64,000 bases of DNA from Desulfurobacterium pacificum (GTDB lineage Bacteria > Aquificota > Aquificia > Desulfurobacteriales > Desulfurobacteriaceae). Position 1 is the stretch's first letter. Every line of letters starts with the position of its first letter. The stretch covers positions 557,954-621,953 of the forward strand of contig NZ_FXUB01000001.1 in assembly GCF_900182835.1 (NCBI RefSeq), written 5' to 3'. Shown in pieces: positions 10,290-20,271 of this stretch. Made by a program: the position numbers and the translations under genes. The notes under the pieces are model-generated. The model made no database searches. It was not told the DNA's origin and was given only the letters and a program-made list of their open reading frames with translations.

Positions 10290-13200
10290 CTAAACTTTCT
10301 CAATCTTAACTCTTGTGCTGCTGAAGTCGGGAATACCGCTGAACGTTTCAAGAAGCGGCAGGTTGTAGAACTCAGAATCAAGGTAGGTTAAAGCATTTAC
10401 GGGAATTCCTACTTTTCTTCTTTCATCTGGAACTATCCAGCCATCCTCTCCAACTACCTTGTTACCCCCTAAAAGAACCTCCCTTCCGTTTTCAACAAAA
10501 AAGGCAGATGCACCGTGCTGCCAGTGCCCAAAGTGGTGGGAATAGGCTACAACTCCAGGTCTCACAAGTTCCGTAACTTTAACGGTGGTTATAAACCCCT
10601 TTCTATTTGAAGATGAAGTTACCCTTACCCTATCACCATCTCTGAGGTTGAGAGCAGCGGCGTCGGTGGGGTGGATTTTTAAGGAAAAGTCAGGCTCATA
10701 GACAAGTGCCTGTCTGTAACAGATAGTTCTTGATTGAGTGTGAAGGGCAGATTTGTAAGAGATAAGGTTAAATCGGAACTCGCTCTGAGGTTTATCAACA
10801 CGATTACCACGGTAGTCTGTAGCCCTTACGTATTTAAGAGTTCCCCACAATTTCTTTCCCGTTAGAGAATCGGTTGAAGTCCCCAGCTTCTCGTTCCACA
10901 CACATATCTCTTTAACCTTAGACTCAAAATTACCGTTCTCATCAAACAAAACCCTGTCAGATTTAAAAACGCCTCCTTTCAAAAGGACGGTGCATACTTT
11001 TCGCCATTCCTTTCCACTTAAAACGTCCTTGTGCTTGGCAACGGGATAATTCTTTTCCACTTCTTCTAACTCTTTTTCTGAAGCATCTTCTACGCCGGCA
11101 TTAAAGGCAAGATTAGCTATACCTCTCAAGTAATAATCCTCGGCTTTTTTAAGAGGGTAGAACTTACCGTTCTTACCCGGAATGGCGTTATCACCGTATC
11201 CCGGCAGGTTCAAATAACGAGACACATCTATAATAAACGTTTCCATAGAGTAAGGATTCCCCTCTTTCGTCTTCCCCACTAACGGTTCAACTGCTGGCGT
11301 TCTTACGGCAGTGAAATAACCACCAGGTGCGTGCGGCGTCAAAAATCCGTAGTGTCCTTCAAGATAAGTAACATCAGGAACTATGTAATCTGCATAAATG
11401 TTCGTTTCATTTATTGTGGTATCAATAGAAATAAACAGAGGAACCTTATCTTGGTTTTTCAGTGTTTCAATAAAGCGCATCCCTCCCGGCATGCTGTAAA
11501 TAAAATCCGAAAAATAAGCAATCAGAACTTTTATGGGGTAGGGATACTGCTGGTCTATCCCGGAAATAGCTGCCACAGAAAGTCCACCTTTGGTAAACGG
11601 AAACCACGGAAGTTTTGAAGGATAACCGTGTTTTTTAAACTCAGAAGTCTTCTCGTAAGCAAACTTCTCCCTTGAAATCTTAACGCCTTTAGGCTTCAGC
11701 TTCCCGTTAAAATCTTTAAGGTCGTAAAGTCCTCTCTGCCAGTTAGCAGCCCCTTTTCCTTTTCCTAAATACCCTCCCTTTCTGCAAACGTTACCCACTA
11801 ATGCGTTAAGCATAGCTATGGCGTAACTTGCGTAAGTTCCACCAACATAGTTACCGCCTCCGTGATAGGCAAACGCCACTGAATAAGGTGCATACTCCCA
11901 GAACTCTTTTGCAACTTCCTTTATAACGCTTTCCGGTATTCCCGATTCATCTGCATAGAAAGAAAGTTGATACTCAAAAACGCTGTCCTTCATAAGCCTA
12001 AACGCAGTCTTAACCTTAAAACCGTTAACTTCACCTTCCCACTCAAGCTCTCCTTTTTCTGCAGATGCATAAGGAACAACTTTCCCCTTTACACTATCGT
12101 AAACAGCAGGCTTACCATTAATTCTCAGAAATTCACCTATTCTTTCTCCTTCAGCTATAACGAGATGCGTAGCGTTAGTGTAAACGTTCCTTCCATACTC
12201 TTTAGCAACTTTTAAAGAAGGAATAGAAAGAAATTCTCTATCAAACCAGCCATTCTCAAGCATTACTCTTATCATTCCCATAGCCAAAGCGCCGTCTTTA
12301 GTAGGCTTAATAGGAAGCCACCTGTGAGCGTGAGCAACTGCTTTAGGCGCTCTCGGGTCAACGATAACGACCTTAAGCTCTCCCGCATTCACCCGCCGTG
12401 CTATTATCCCACCAGACGTGTTTACACCCGGCTGCTGAGCTGAGTAAAGGTTTGAACCAAATATCAACATATATTTTGAGTTCCAGTAATCAGCTTTAAA
12501 CTCCACTTCCTTACCGTCAGAAAAGGCGTAGTTGCCCATTCTAAAGCCGATACCGCATATATCCGTATGAGATATGTAATTTACAGTTCCAACCGAGTTG
12601 TAAAGCCACCTTTTTATAAAATGACTTCTCCCCGCCTGTGAACGACCGATAAACCATACCAATTGGTTTCTTACTGTTCCTAATTCAGGTGCGCTCTCAT
12701 TTATAAGCTCGTCAGATAGAACGTCTTTTATCCCCGGATAGTATCGGTTATCACCAATCTCTTTAAACAGGTATCCTCCCTCACTTACCTCTTTTATCAA
12801 CTGTTCCCAACTTATCGGTTTAAACTTCCCTTCGCCGCGTTTACCTATCCTTTTAAGCGGCTGAGTTATCCTGTAAGGGTTATATAGATAATCGTTATCC
12901 ATCTGCGGCTTGGCACAGGTTGAAGCAGAATAGTTAAAACTCTTCCTAACAGGCGTTTCATAAGGAATTTCCCTTCCACAACGATTGTAAGGATGGTATG
13001 GATTACCATCTACTCTTCTGAGTTTACCCTTATCTACCGTTACTCTTAAACCGCATCTTGCATTGCAGGCAAGACAAACGGTATTAACAACTCTTCCACT
13101 ATCTTTTTTTGTTTCTGGCATACCGTAAACGTTCTCTTTAACAGGAAGAGAAACGCTAACAGAATGGAAGAAAGAAAGCTTTCTACGAAGCTCAGGGGAA

Positions 13201-13766
13201 GATTCTAAAAGTTCCTTTAAAGCTCCTTCCGGTTTCAACAGGTTTCCAAATACTAAAGCACCAGACGGACAAACGGCAGCACACCTTGGAACGTCACCTT
13301 TTTTAATAACCCTTTCAGCGCACAGGTCACACTTTTTTGCCTTTCCGTTCACTAAAGTTATTGCACCGTAAGGACAAGCTATAGCACAATTACCGCAACC
13401 AACGCAGAGATTTTCATCTATTGATACAACACCACCTTTTTCCACCCTAATTGCACCGTAACTGCAGGCAGAAACGCAGAAGTGCTCCCTACAATGCTTG
13501 CAGGCATTTTCTCTGTTAAACTCAAGTCTCGGAAATGTATCTTTGATTTCCGCATCTCTGATGAAGAAGAGATTGACTTCAGGAGTTTCGTTCAATTCGT
13601 GTTCCAGCTGACAGGCAGCCATACAGGCTTTACAGCCTATACATCTATTTTTATCGTAAATCAAAACAGGATAAAACTTCTCAGTTTCTTTACCCTTAGC
13701 TATCTTAATTGGCGACAGAAGGAGAACGGAAAATCCAGCAACCTTCAAAAAATCCCGCCTTCTCAA
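10290..13766 (-). CDS. TAT-exported fusion protein: a four-cluster 4Fe-4S ferredoxin module (PsrB/DmsB/NrfC-like) followed by a molybdopterin-guanine-dinucleotide oxidoreductase catalytic module (PsrA/TtrA/DmsA-like).
   Basis: Twin-arginine motif MRRRDFLKVAGFSVLL, four Cys-rich ferredoxin motifs (CIGCKACMAAC, CKHCREHFCVSAC, CVGCGNCAIACP, CDLCAERV..CAAVCP), then the CLACNARCG N-terminal FeS motif of MGD enzymes and a long MGD-binding region. 1158 aa. Confidence 0.75.
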   Translation of the reverse strand: MRRRDFLKVAGFSVLLLSPIKIAKGKETEKFYPVLIYDKNRCIGCKACMAACQLEHELNETPEVNLFFIRDAEIKDTFPRLEFNRENACKHCREHFCVSACSYGAIRVEKGGVVSIDENLCVGCGNCAIACPYGAITLVNGKAKKCDLCAERVIKKGDVPRCAAVCPSGALVFGNLLKPEGALKELLESSPELRRKLSFFHSVSVSLPVKENVYGMPETKKDSGRVVNTVCLACNARCGLRVTVDKGKLRRVDGNPYHPYNRCGREIPYETPVRKSFNYSASTCAKPQMDNDYLYNPYRITQPLKRIGKRGEGKFKPISWEQLIKEVSEGGYLFKEIGDNRYYPGIKDVLSDELINESAPELGTVRNQLVWFIGRSQAGRSHFIKRWLYNSVGTVNYISHTDICGIGFRMGNYAFSDGKEVEFKADYWNSKYMLIFGSNLYSAQQPGVNTSGGIIARRVNAGELKVVIVDPRAPKAVAHAHRWLPIKPTKDGALAMGMIRVMLENGWFDREFLSIPSLKVAKEYGRNVYTNATHLVIAEGERIGEFLRINGKPAVYDSVKGKVVPYASAEKGELEWEGEVNGFKVKTAFRLMKDSVFEYQLSFYADESGIPESVIKEVAKEFWEYAPYSVAFAYHGGGNYVGGTYASYAIAMLNALVGNVCRKGGYLGKGKGAANWQRGLYDLKDFNGKLKPKGVKISREKFAYEKTSEFKKHGYPSKLPWFPFTKGGLSVAAISGIDQQYPYPIKVLIAYFSDFIYSMPGGMRFIETLKNQDKVPLFISIDTTINETNIYADYIVPDVTYLEGHYGFLTPHAPGGYFTAVRTPAVEPLVGKTKEGNPYSMETFIIDVSRYLNLPGYGDNAIPGKNGKFYPLKKAEDYYLRGIANLAFNAGVEDASEKELEEVEKNYPVAKHKDVLSGKEWRKVCTVLLKGGVFKSDRVLFDENGNFESKVKEICVWNEKLGTSTDSLTGKKLWGTLKYVRATDYRGNRVDKPQSEFRFNLISYKSALHTQSRTICYRQALVYEPDFSLKIHPTDAAALNLRDGDRVRVTSSSNRKGFITTVKVTELVRPGVVAYSHHFGHWQHGASAFFVENGREVLLGGNKVVGEDGWIVPDERRKVGIPVNALTYLDSEFYNLPLLETFSGIPDFSSTRVKIEKV

Positions 13767-13888
13767 TTCAAACCTCCTTATTTTAGTATGACGCTTACAT
13801 TCTACTTATCTATTTTCCAGATAGAAAAAATCAATTTTAAAACACTTCATTATAGAGGGCTTTTTTCGGTAAGATTTAAGAAATACAA

Positions 13889-14080
13889 ATGAAGAGGTCA
13901 GCTATGGAGATAACTCACAAGCTCTGGAAATGCACTGTTTGTGGATACGTTTATAACGTTGACGAAGGAGATGAAGAAAATATGATTCCCCCCGGAACGC
14001 CCTTTGAAGCGCTGCCTGTTGACTGGGTATGTCCAATATGTGGAGCAACAAAGGATAAATTTGAGCCGGTTGACGAATGA
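13889..14080 (+). CDS. rd: Rubredoxin.
   Basis: CTVCGYVY and WVCPICG paired CxxC motifs. An alternative start at the ATG at 13904 (MEITHK) is possible. Confidence 0.85.
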   Translation: MKRSAMEITHKLWKCTVCGYVYNVDEGDEENMIPPGTPFEALPVDWVCPICGATKDKFEPVDE

Positions 14081-15051
14081 AGATTTTAATAATTAGGTTC
14101 TCATCGTTAGGTGATGTAATACTTACTTCCTCTGTATTCTCACCTCTAAAAGAAGTCGGTATTGAGGTTGATTTACTTACGCTGAAACCGTGGGGAGAAA
14201 TCTTTAAAAACGATAATAGGCTATCAAGAGTCATAGAAGTCGGAAAAGAAGAAGTTAAAACTCTTAAAGGTTTAAAAAGGTTAGCTGAAAAATTAAACAA
14301 AAATCAGTATGACTACATATTTGACCTTCACAACACCTTGAGAAGCAGAGCGCTATCTTTTTATCTAAAAGCCAAAGTTTTCCGATATAAAAAATCCTCC
14401 CTCCTGCGTCGCCTCATGCTCGTATTCAAACCTTTCAAATCAAAATGGTTATTCGTTCCTGAGCTTTACGCAAAACCCTTCAGAAAAATCGGTATAGAGA
14501 TAAAAAATCCCCGCCCCTACATCCTCCTATCCCGGCAGGAAATATCAAAAATTTCCCATTTAATCCCTCCAAAACCCTTCATAGCCATTGCACCTGGAGC
14601 AAAGTGGGAAGGGAAAAGATATCCTGTAAAAAATTTCATAGAAATCAGCAAGCTCTTAAATAAAAAAGGATTCAACGTAGCCGTAATCGGCGGCAAAGAA
14701 GACTACCCGTTAGGTAAGGAAATCTCTGAAAACAGCACTGCTGTCAACTTGTGCGGAAAACTAACCTTAAGAGAAAGCCTCACCGTTATCTCACAGGCAA
14801 AAGGTGTAATATCAAACGATTCAGCCGTAGTTCACATGGCAAGAGCAGTCAAAACGCCTGTAGCAGTAATCTTCGGTCCCACCCACCCCGCTTTCGGATT
14901 CGCACCAGCTCCAGACGAAGGAATCGTAATAACGAAAAACCTTCCCTGTTCCCCCTGTTCCCTTCACGGCAAAACAAAGTGCAAAGAAAGAAAGTGCTTT
15001 GACATAAACCCCAAAAAAGTAGTAGAAAATTTCTTGAAAATTTCAGAATAA
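14077..15051 (+). CDS. Glycosyltransferase family 9 (LPS heptosyltransferase-like).
   Basis: [22 protein letters not shown]-terminus and a C-terminal CSPC motif typical of GT9. Confidence 0.75.
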   Translation: MKILIIRFSSLGDVILTSSVFSPLKEVGIEVDLLTLKPWGEIFKNDNRLSRVIEVGKEEVKTLKGLKRLAEKLNKNQYDYIFDLHNTLRSRALSFYLKAKVFRYKKSSLLRRLMLVFKPFKSKWLFVPELYAKPFRKIGIEIKNPRPYILLSRQEISKISHLIPPKPFIAIAPGAKWEGKRYPVKNFIEISKLLNKKGFNVAVIGGKEDYPLGKEISENSTAVNLCGKLTLRESLTVISQAKGVISNDSAVVHMARAVKTPVAVIFGPTHPAFGFAPAPDEGIVITKNLPCSPCSLHGKTKCKERKCFDINPKKVVENFLKISE

Positions 15052-15135
15052 TCAAGCGCAAAACTGCACCCAAAAATTCCAAAAGATTCCAAATGGGAAA
15101 TTTTGAGGAAATCATTGGGAGAGAAGGGAAGACGT

Positions 15136-15222
15136 TGGTGCCCGGGGCGGGAATCGAACCCGCACGGGCTTGCGCCCAAGGGATTTTGAGTCCCTCGCGT
15201 CTGCCAGTTCCGCCACCCGGGC
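15136..15222 (-). tRNA. tRNA-Leu (anticodon CAA), long variable arm, encoded CCA.
   Basis: Reverse complement reads GCCCGGGTGGCGGAACTGGCAGACGCGAGGGACTCAAAATCCCTTGGGCGCAAGCCCGTGCGGGTTCGATTCCCGCCCCGGGCACCA. The cloverleaf is folded by eye. Confidence 0.85.
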
Positions 15223-15276
15223 ATTTGGTTAAACTATAATATAGTCTCTAAAAGCAAAACTACAAGAGAGGTAATT

Positions 15277-16095
15277 ATGAACGTTAGAATCGGATTTATC
15301 GGCGGCGGAAATATGGCAGAAGCATTCATAAGCGGCTTCGTAAACGGCGAATTGATACTGCCAAGCAAAATCCACGTTTCCGACGTTAACAAAGAAAGGC
15401 TTGAATACCTTAAAAACACTTACGGAATTAACGTTCACGAAACAAACGTATCTGTCGTTCTAAACAGCGATATAGTCTTTCTATCAGTAAAGCCTCAAGT
15501 GATGAAAGCGGTTTTGGAAGAGATAAAGGAAGCCTTAACGCCAGCACAGGTAGTAGTTTCTATGGCAGCAGGTTATCCGATAAAGAAGATAGAGGAAACT
15601 TTAGGAGACGACAAAAAAATCGTCCGCATAATGCCAAACATACTGGTAAAGATAAGGAAAGGAGTAATCGCTCTAACTCACAACTACCGTTTGTTAGACG
15701 AGGAATTAAGCACTGTTAAAGAAATTCTTTCTGACTGCGGAGAAGTCGTTGAGGTTGAGGAAAAACTCTTTGACGCCGTTACTGCAATTTCAGGCAGCGG
15801 ACCAGCGTTCATATTTCTAACCATAGAAGCGTTAGCCGACGGCGGCGTAAAGGCAGGACTACCAAGAGAAGCAGCTCTCAAGTTAGTAACGGCAACAATT
15901 GTAGGTTCTGCAGAAATGGTGAGAAACGGCGAACACCCTGAAGTTTTAAAGGATAAAGTCACATCACCTGCAGGAACAACAATAGCAGGACTGTCAGCTT
16001 TAGAAGAAAGAGGTACGCGTTACTCTTTCATAAAAGCGGTAGAGGAAGCATTCAAACGTTCAAAAGAGATATCTGAGTTGATAGAGAAGTTATAG
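15277..16095 (+). CDS. proC: Pyrroline-5-carboxylate reductase.
   Basis: MNVRIGFIGGGNMAEAFISG Rossmann N-terminus and the ProC C-terminal dimerisation domain. Confidence 0.9.
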   Translation: MNVRIGFIGGGNMAEAFISGFVNGELILPSKIHVSDVNKERLEYLKNTYGINVHETNVSVVLNSDIVFLSVKPQVMKAVLEEIKEALTPAQVVVSMAAGYPIKKIEETLGDDKKIVRIMPNILVKIRKGVIALTHNYRLLDEELSTVKEILSDCGEVVEVEEKLFDAVTAISGSGPAFIFLTIEALADGGVKAGLPREAALKLVTATIVGSAEMVRNGEHPEVLKDKVTSPAGTTIAGLSALEERGTRYSFIKAVEEAFKRSKEISELIEKL

Positions 16096-16842
16096 ATGCT
16101 AAAGAAACCGAAACCGGAAAAGCGCTTCTACAGAAAATGGGAAAAACGTAAAGGCTTTAAATCTTTTGAAATAGTCTCAGGCGAAAGTGATATATTCATT
16201 TCTGTTCCGGAAAAACACTACTCAGAAGAACTTAAAAAGACACTACTAAACAGACTTATAACTCTCAGAGAGCAGATACTCTCGTTTTCAAATAAACACA
16301 GAGAATTCCTCACCTCTCTTACCCCTGTAAAAATCCCCCCCCTCTCACCAGCCATAATCAACTACATGGCAAAAAGCGCGAAAGAGATAGGCGTAGGACC
16401 TATGGCAGGAGTGGCAGGTGCAATAAATTTTTACCTCTCAGAAACGCTGAAAGAGAGGGGAATTGACGAATTTTTCATAGAAAACGGCGGAGACACCTAT
16501 TTCTCATCAAAATCGCCGGTAACGGTAGGAATAATTACAGGAAGTCCGAACATTGACGGCAAAATAGGCATTAAACTCGCGCCAGGAACCTGGAGCGTGT
16601 GCAGCTCTTCAAGCAAGATAGGTCATTCTTTAAGTCTTGGAAGAACACAGTTAGTCACGGTTGTAGCGAAAGACCCTGCTATTGCGGACTGCGCCGCAAC
16701 GTTTTTGGCAAACAGCAAAAGCGTAGAGGAAGTTCAGGAACGCTTCAAAAAGATAAAAGATAAAATCACCGGCTTCCTGTCGTTCATAGACAACAAGTTC
16801 GCCTTCTACGGACTGGAACTAACTGCGGTTAAAACTCGTTAA
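16096..16842 (+). CDS. UPF0280/ApbE-like family protein (function unknown).
   Basis: GVGPMAGVAGAINFY...ENGGDTYF pattern resembling the UPF0280 (MJ1651-like) family, recognised from memory only. Confidence 0.5.
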   Translation: MLKKPKPEKRFYRKWEKRKGFKSFEIVSGESDIFISVPEKHYSEELKKTLLNRLITLREQILSFSNKHREFLTSLTPVKIPPLSPAIINYMAKSAKEIGVGPMAGVAGAINFYLSETLKERGIDEFFIENGGDTYFSSKSPVTVGIITGSPNIDGKIGIKLAPGTWSVCSSSSKIGHSLSLGRTQLVTVVAKDPAIADCAATFLANSKSVEEVQERFKKIKDKITGFLSFIDNKFAFYGLELTAVKTR

Positions 16843-18208
16843 TCTCTACGCTCCCTTCTTCCAACCTCTTTTCTAACTTAATACCGCCTTTTTCTATCCT
16901 GTAAGTGTAGAATACGTTACCAACAGGCGTTCCCCTTGCTTTGACAACTCCTATAACCCTTTTTATAACGCCCTTTATAGGAACGTACTTTAACAGTATA
17001 AAAGCATCAGCCATATACGATATACCGTAATCTTCGTTTCCGCCGGGAACTAACTCTTTCGTGAAAACGGCAGTTATTCCGTTCTTTTTAAAGAAGTGAA
17101 CGAGAGAGTAGATTAAGTCAACCAACCTAACCTTGTTAGGTATTCTGGATACAACGTCAAAGATGGAATCTATCGTAACGCGCCTGTAACCACCATTTTT
17201 GATAATTTCTATCATTTTAAAAGATAACAGGTCTGGGTCAACCTCTGTAGGAGTGATAAAAACTAAATCTATTAGCCCCTTATCTCTATACTTCTTCACA
17301 GGAAGACCTAAAGTTTCTCCGTTTGATTCAATACTGCCAGGCGGTTCCTGAAAAGATATATGTAATCCCTTTTCTCCTTTTTCTGCTCCGGAAATAAGAA
17401 AATGCAGACATAGAGTTGTTTTCCCAAGACCTGCATAACCCTTAACAACAGCCGTTGTGCCCCTTATCAACCCACCCGTCAGAAGCTTATCCACTCCATC
17501 AACACCAAAACTGCACCTATCCTGCGGATTTACTTCTACGTTGTAAGGTTCAACCTTTATCCTCGGGTAAACGGTAATGCCGTCAGAAGTAATAACCAAA
17601 GGATGGTTTCCGGCAAAAAAATCCCCACCCCTCAACTTATCCACTCTAAAATACTTCCTCTCATAGTTGTTAAATATTTTCTTCTCAAACGTAAATATCA
17701 CATCGGCTATATAAACAACAGGCGTATCCTTACCGTTAACCCATTCACCAACTAAAACGGTGGATATCCCTCTCAAGCTGTTTTTGACCGAAAGGCTGTA
17801 GGTCAACTTCCTTACTTCTTCCCTTGAAAGCAAGGATTCAACAGCTTTGTAACTATCTATAAAAACAAAATCGGGGCTGAAACCCTCTATTAGCTCATCT
17901 ATCTTGGCAGCTATATCTTCCGCCTTAGGAGAAAACAGAAAATCCTCAAGAGAAGCCATAGCAAAGTTCTCAGTCAACTCTTTTGAAAAGAAAGAGAATT
18001 TGCTCATATCAGAAAATATTTTGATTGCCGGCTCACCCAAAGTGCTGATAAAAAGAGACTTTTTACCCTGCCTTGAAAGGCTGCACATCCACTGAAACGT
18101 AAACGTCGTCTTTCCTGTTCCGGGTTCTCCCCTCAAAACAACTACAGAACCTGGCGAAATACCTGTATAAAGTATCCTACCATCAATAAAAGGAACGCCT
18201 ACTTCCAT
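16829..18208 (-). CDS. KaiC-like double RecA-superfamily ATPase.
   Basis: Two tandem KaiC-type domains, each with a Walker A (GEPGTGKTTFTFQW and GYAGLGKTTLCLHF). Confidence 0.75.
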   Translation of the reverse strand: MEVGVPFIDGRILYTGISPGSVVVLRGEPGTGKTTFTFQWMCSLSRQGKKSLFISTLGEPAIKIFSDMSKFSFFSKELTENFAMASLEDFLFSPKAEDIAAKIDELIEGFSPDFVFIDSYKAVESLLSREEVRKLTYSLSVKNSLRGISTVLVGEWVNGKDTPVVYIADVIFTFEKKIFNNYERKYFRVDKLRGGDFFAGNHPLVITSDGITVYPRIKVEPYNVEVNPQDRCSFGVDGVDKLLTGGLIRGTTAVVKGYAGLGKTTLCLHFLISGAEKGEKGLHISFQEPPGSIESNGETLGLPVKKYRDKGLIDLVFITPTEVDPDLLSFKMIEIIKNGGYRRVTIDSIFDVVSRIPNKVRLVDLIYSLVHFFKKNGITAVFTKELVPGGNEDYGISYMADAFILLKYVPIKGVIKRVIGVVKARGTPVGNVFYTYRIEKGGIKLEKRLEEGSVEINEF

Positions 18209-18522
18209 AAGTCCTCCAAAAGTAATTCTGCCACCGATTCACCGAAAGATGAAATCAAAACGCTCTTAACAGCACTCCAGAACGTAGAAAACTCACTTTC
18301 ATTTAAATCTGCCAACACCTCTCTCTCTGTAAGAACAATCTTTCCAGAAACGTCAGACGGAACTTTACCAACCGCCAGCCGAAAGATAGTATAAGCTGAC
18401 AGCGTTCCCAACTTCTCTTTTAACTCCTCGTAAGCCGCATTCAATTTTTTATTGTAGTCCACGTTACCTCCCGAGTAACCTGAGGGGCGGAGAGAGGAAG
18501 TATCCCTGTCCAAGTTCAACAT
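18199..18522 (-). CDS. Hypothetical 107-aa protein lying between the EAL and KaiC-like genes.
   Basis: ORF with no recognisable motif. It overlaps both neighbours, so its start is uncertain. Confidence 0.4.
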   Translation of the reverse strand: MLNLDRDTSSLRPSGYSGGNVDYNKKLNAAYEELKEKLGTLSAYTIFRLAVGKVPSDVSGKIVLTEREVLADLNESEFSTFWSAVKSVLISSFGESVAELLLEDLWK

Positions 18523-20170
18523 TCATCTCCTTTAAAAGCTTATAAACTTTTTCATTCTCTATCCACTCGGCAAGCAGAGTAATGTTCAGGTTATCACAGA
18601 CGTACTTAACGGCAGAAACGATAATCTCATCCTCTTTTGAAAACGCAAGATTCCTGATTAAACTGCCATCAAGCTTTATATAGGTAGGATGTAACTTTTT
18701 AACGTAATCAAAACCGGAAAATCCACTTGCAAAATCATCTATCGCAAACTCAAACCCTTTCACCTTTAACTTATTAAACAGGTCAACAACTGAAGCCATA
18801 TCTTTCACGTACTCCCTTTCCGTTACTTCAAAAACAATCTCTTCAGCCGGTAGCTCTTCTGAAACGGAAAGCAGAAATTCTCTGTTCTGAGGATTGGAAA
18901 GAAACTTACCCGAAAGGTTAACAAACAACTTTTTCCCTTTCAGCTCCTCTATCTCCTCTTTCCATTTAGGAATTTCGGAAAGAACTATCTTGTCAAGCTC
19001 CTGCCACAAATTCAATCGGTCTAAAACGTCCGCATAAACGTAAACCGATTTGAGTTCGCCATCCTCCTCAAACCTTGATAGCACTTCATAACCGTAAATC
19101 TCTTCCCTTTTCATATCAAAAATCGGCTGAAAAACAGGAATAACTTCCCTGTTAAGAACCTTCTCTTTTATACAGACAAAGCAGTCAAACTTCCTAAAAA
19201 AGCGCTCCCCGAACTCTTCTCTTTCTCTTATCTTCAAAATTGCAGACCTACCTTCCTCCTTCAGCTTCTCAAGAGACATAAAAATAATTCTTTCAACATC
19301 TTCAGGTGATTCAGCCACGCTGCCCAAATCAAGAATAGCCATAGAAACGCCAACGCTGAAATTCTCTGGCATTACCAAAAAGCTCGTCTTATCCTTCAAA
19401 AGCTCGTAGCACTCATCAACGTCCTTCTCACAGACGAAAAGGAACTGCCCAGAGCCCAAATAACCGCAGATAAACTCTGACCCCGCTTTTTCAAGAACTT
19501 CTTTAAAGACGTTTCCAACAAAGTTAATGACCCTGTTACCAACCAAGTTGCCAAAGCGCATGTTTATAAGGTTAAGGTCGTTGATATCAATTATCACTGC
19601 CGTTAAACTCTTTTTCGTCTCTACAAGGCGTCTAACGAGTTCTATTGCAACGTCCCTGTTTAAAAAGCCCGGGATAACACTTACAGGAGAGCGATTTTCA
19701 AGACCGTAAAGGTAGAGAAACGACAGAAAAGAGAGCAGAAAAGAGAAAGCCGAAACGTCCGGTGGTTCCTGGTCGTTAAAACCTACCGATAGGTAGAAGT
19801 CTAAGTTTTTGGCATCTATAGAAAGCGGAATCAAAAGATAGTTCTCGGGGCTTTTTTCTGATTTGCCTTCTAAGGTAAAAGTCTTTACGCTCTCTTTGCG
19901 GATTTCAACGCCCACCGATGAAAGTTTTTCAATTAAAGCGTCCAAAACTTTTTGAAAGGAGCAATCGGAAGAGGAGATGAATTTTACAGACTTGTCTTCA
20001 AGAACTATGAGAGAGAGGGAAGGGGAGGTGAAGGGGGGGATTTTTCTCAAACCATCAATCATATGAAGAACCACTTCCTCAGGAACAGACAGCTCAGAGA
20101 CAGAAAGAAGTAACTTAGAGAAAAGCTCCCTCAGTTTCCCCAACAGTTTTAAACTTTGACTACCCATCAT
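18464..20170 (-). CDS. Cyclic-di-GMP signalling protein: N-terminal sensory region, degenerate GGDEF and a C-terminal EAL phosphodiesterase domain.
   Basis: EAL-domain motifs (EVLSRFE, FVNLSGKFL, FEVTEREYV, FAIDDFASGFSGF, YIKLDGSLI). The GGDEF-like region lacks a canonical GG(D/E)EF. Confidence 0.75.
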   Translation of the reverse strand: MMGSQSLKLLGKLRELFSKLLLSVSELSVPEEVVLHMIDGLRKIPPFTSPSLSLIVLEDKSVKFISSSDCSFQKVLDALIEKLSSVGVEIRKESVKTFTLEGKSEKSPENYLLIPLSIDAKNLDFYLSVGFNDQEPPDVSAFSFLLSFLSFLYLYGLENRSPVSVIPGFLNRDVAIELVRRLVETKKSLTAVIIDINDLNLINMRFGNLVGNRVINFVGNVFKEVLEKAGSEFICGYLGSGQFLFVCEKDVDECYELLKDKTSFLVMPENFSVGVSMAILDLGSVAESPEDVERIIFMSLEKLKEEGRSAILKIREREEFGERFFRKFDCFVCIKEKVLNREVIPVFQPIFDMKREEIYGYEVLSRFEEDGELKSVYVYADVLDRLNLWQELDKIVLSEIPKWKEEIEELKGKKLFVNLSGKFLSNPQNREFLLSVSEELPAEEIVFEVTEREYVKDMASVVDLFNKLKVKGFEFAIDDFASGFSGFDYVKKLHPTYIKLDGSLIRNLAFSKEDEIIVSAVKYVCDNLNITLLAEWIENEKVYKLLKEMNVELGQGYFLSPPLRLLGR

Positions 20171-20210
20171 CTCCTCTCGGTTTAAAATTATACTCTTATT
20201 TACAAAATGC

Positions 20211-20239
20211 TTGACAGAAGAACAACGAGGATATATAAA
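20211..20239 (+). promoter_or_regulatory. Putative sigma70-type promoter for the TolC-like gene.
   Basis: TTGACA (20211-20216), a 17-nt spacer, then TATAAA (20234-20239), about 30 nt upstream of the ATG at 20272. Confidence 0.4.
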
Positions 20240-20271
20240 TTGATTGCAATATTTGAATTAATGGGGTAGAT

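Noticed and set aside
13767-13888. Promoter or operator calls in the divergent intergenic region between the molybdoenzyme gene and the rubredoxin gene.
   Set aside because: The region is AT-rich with several near-matches to -10 hexamers, but there is no convincing -35/-10 pair with proper spacing. It is left unannotated rather than guessed.
20026-20040. Homopolymeric tracts (G7 at about 20031 in the EAL gene, G6T7 at about 42668 in the pelB-like gene, C7 at about 16325 and C8 at about 63064) as possible slipped-strand phase-variation switches.
   Set aside because: The tracts are short and all reading frames are intact. Nothing in the sequence indicates variation between tract lengths. They are merely flagged as places where sequencing errors could mimic frameshifts.
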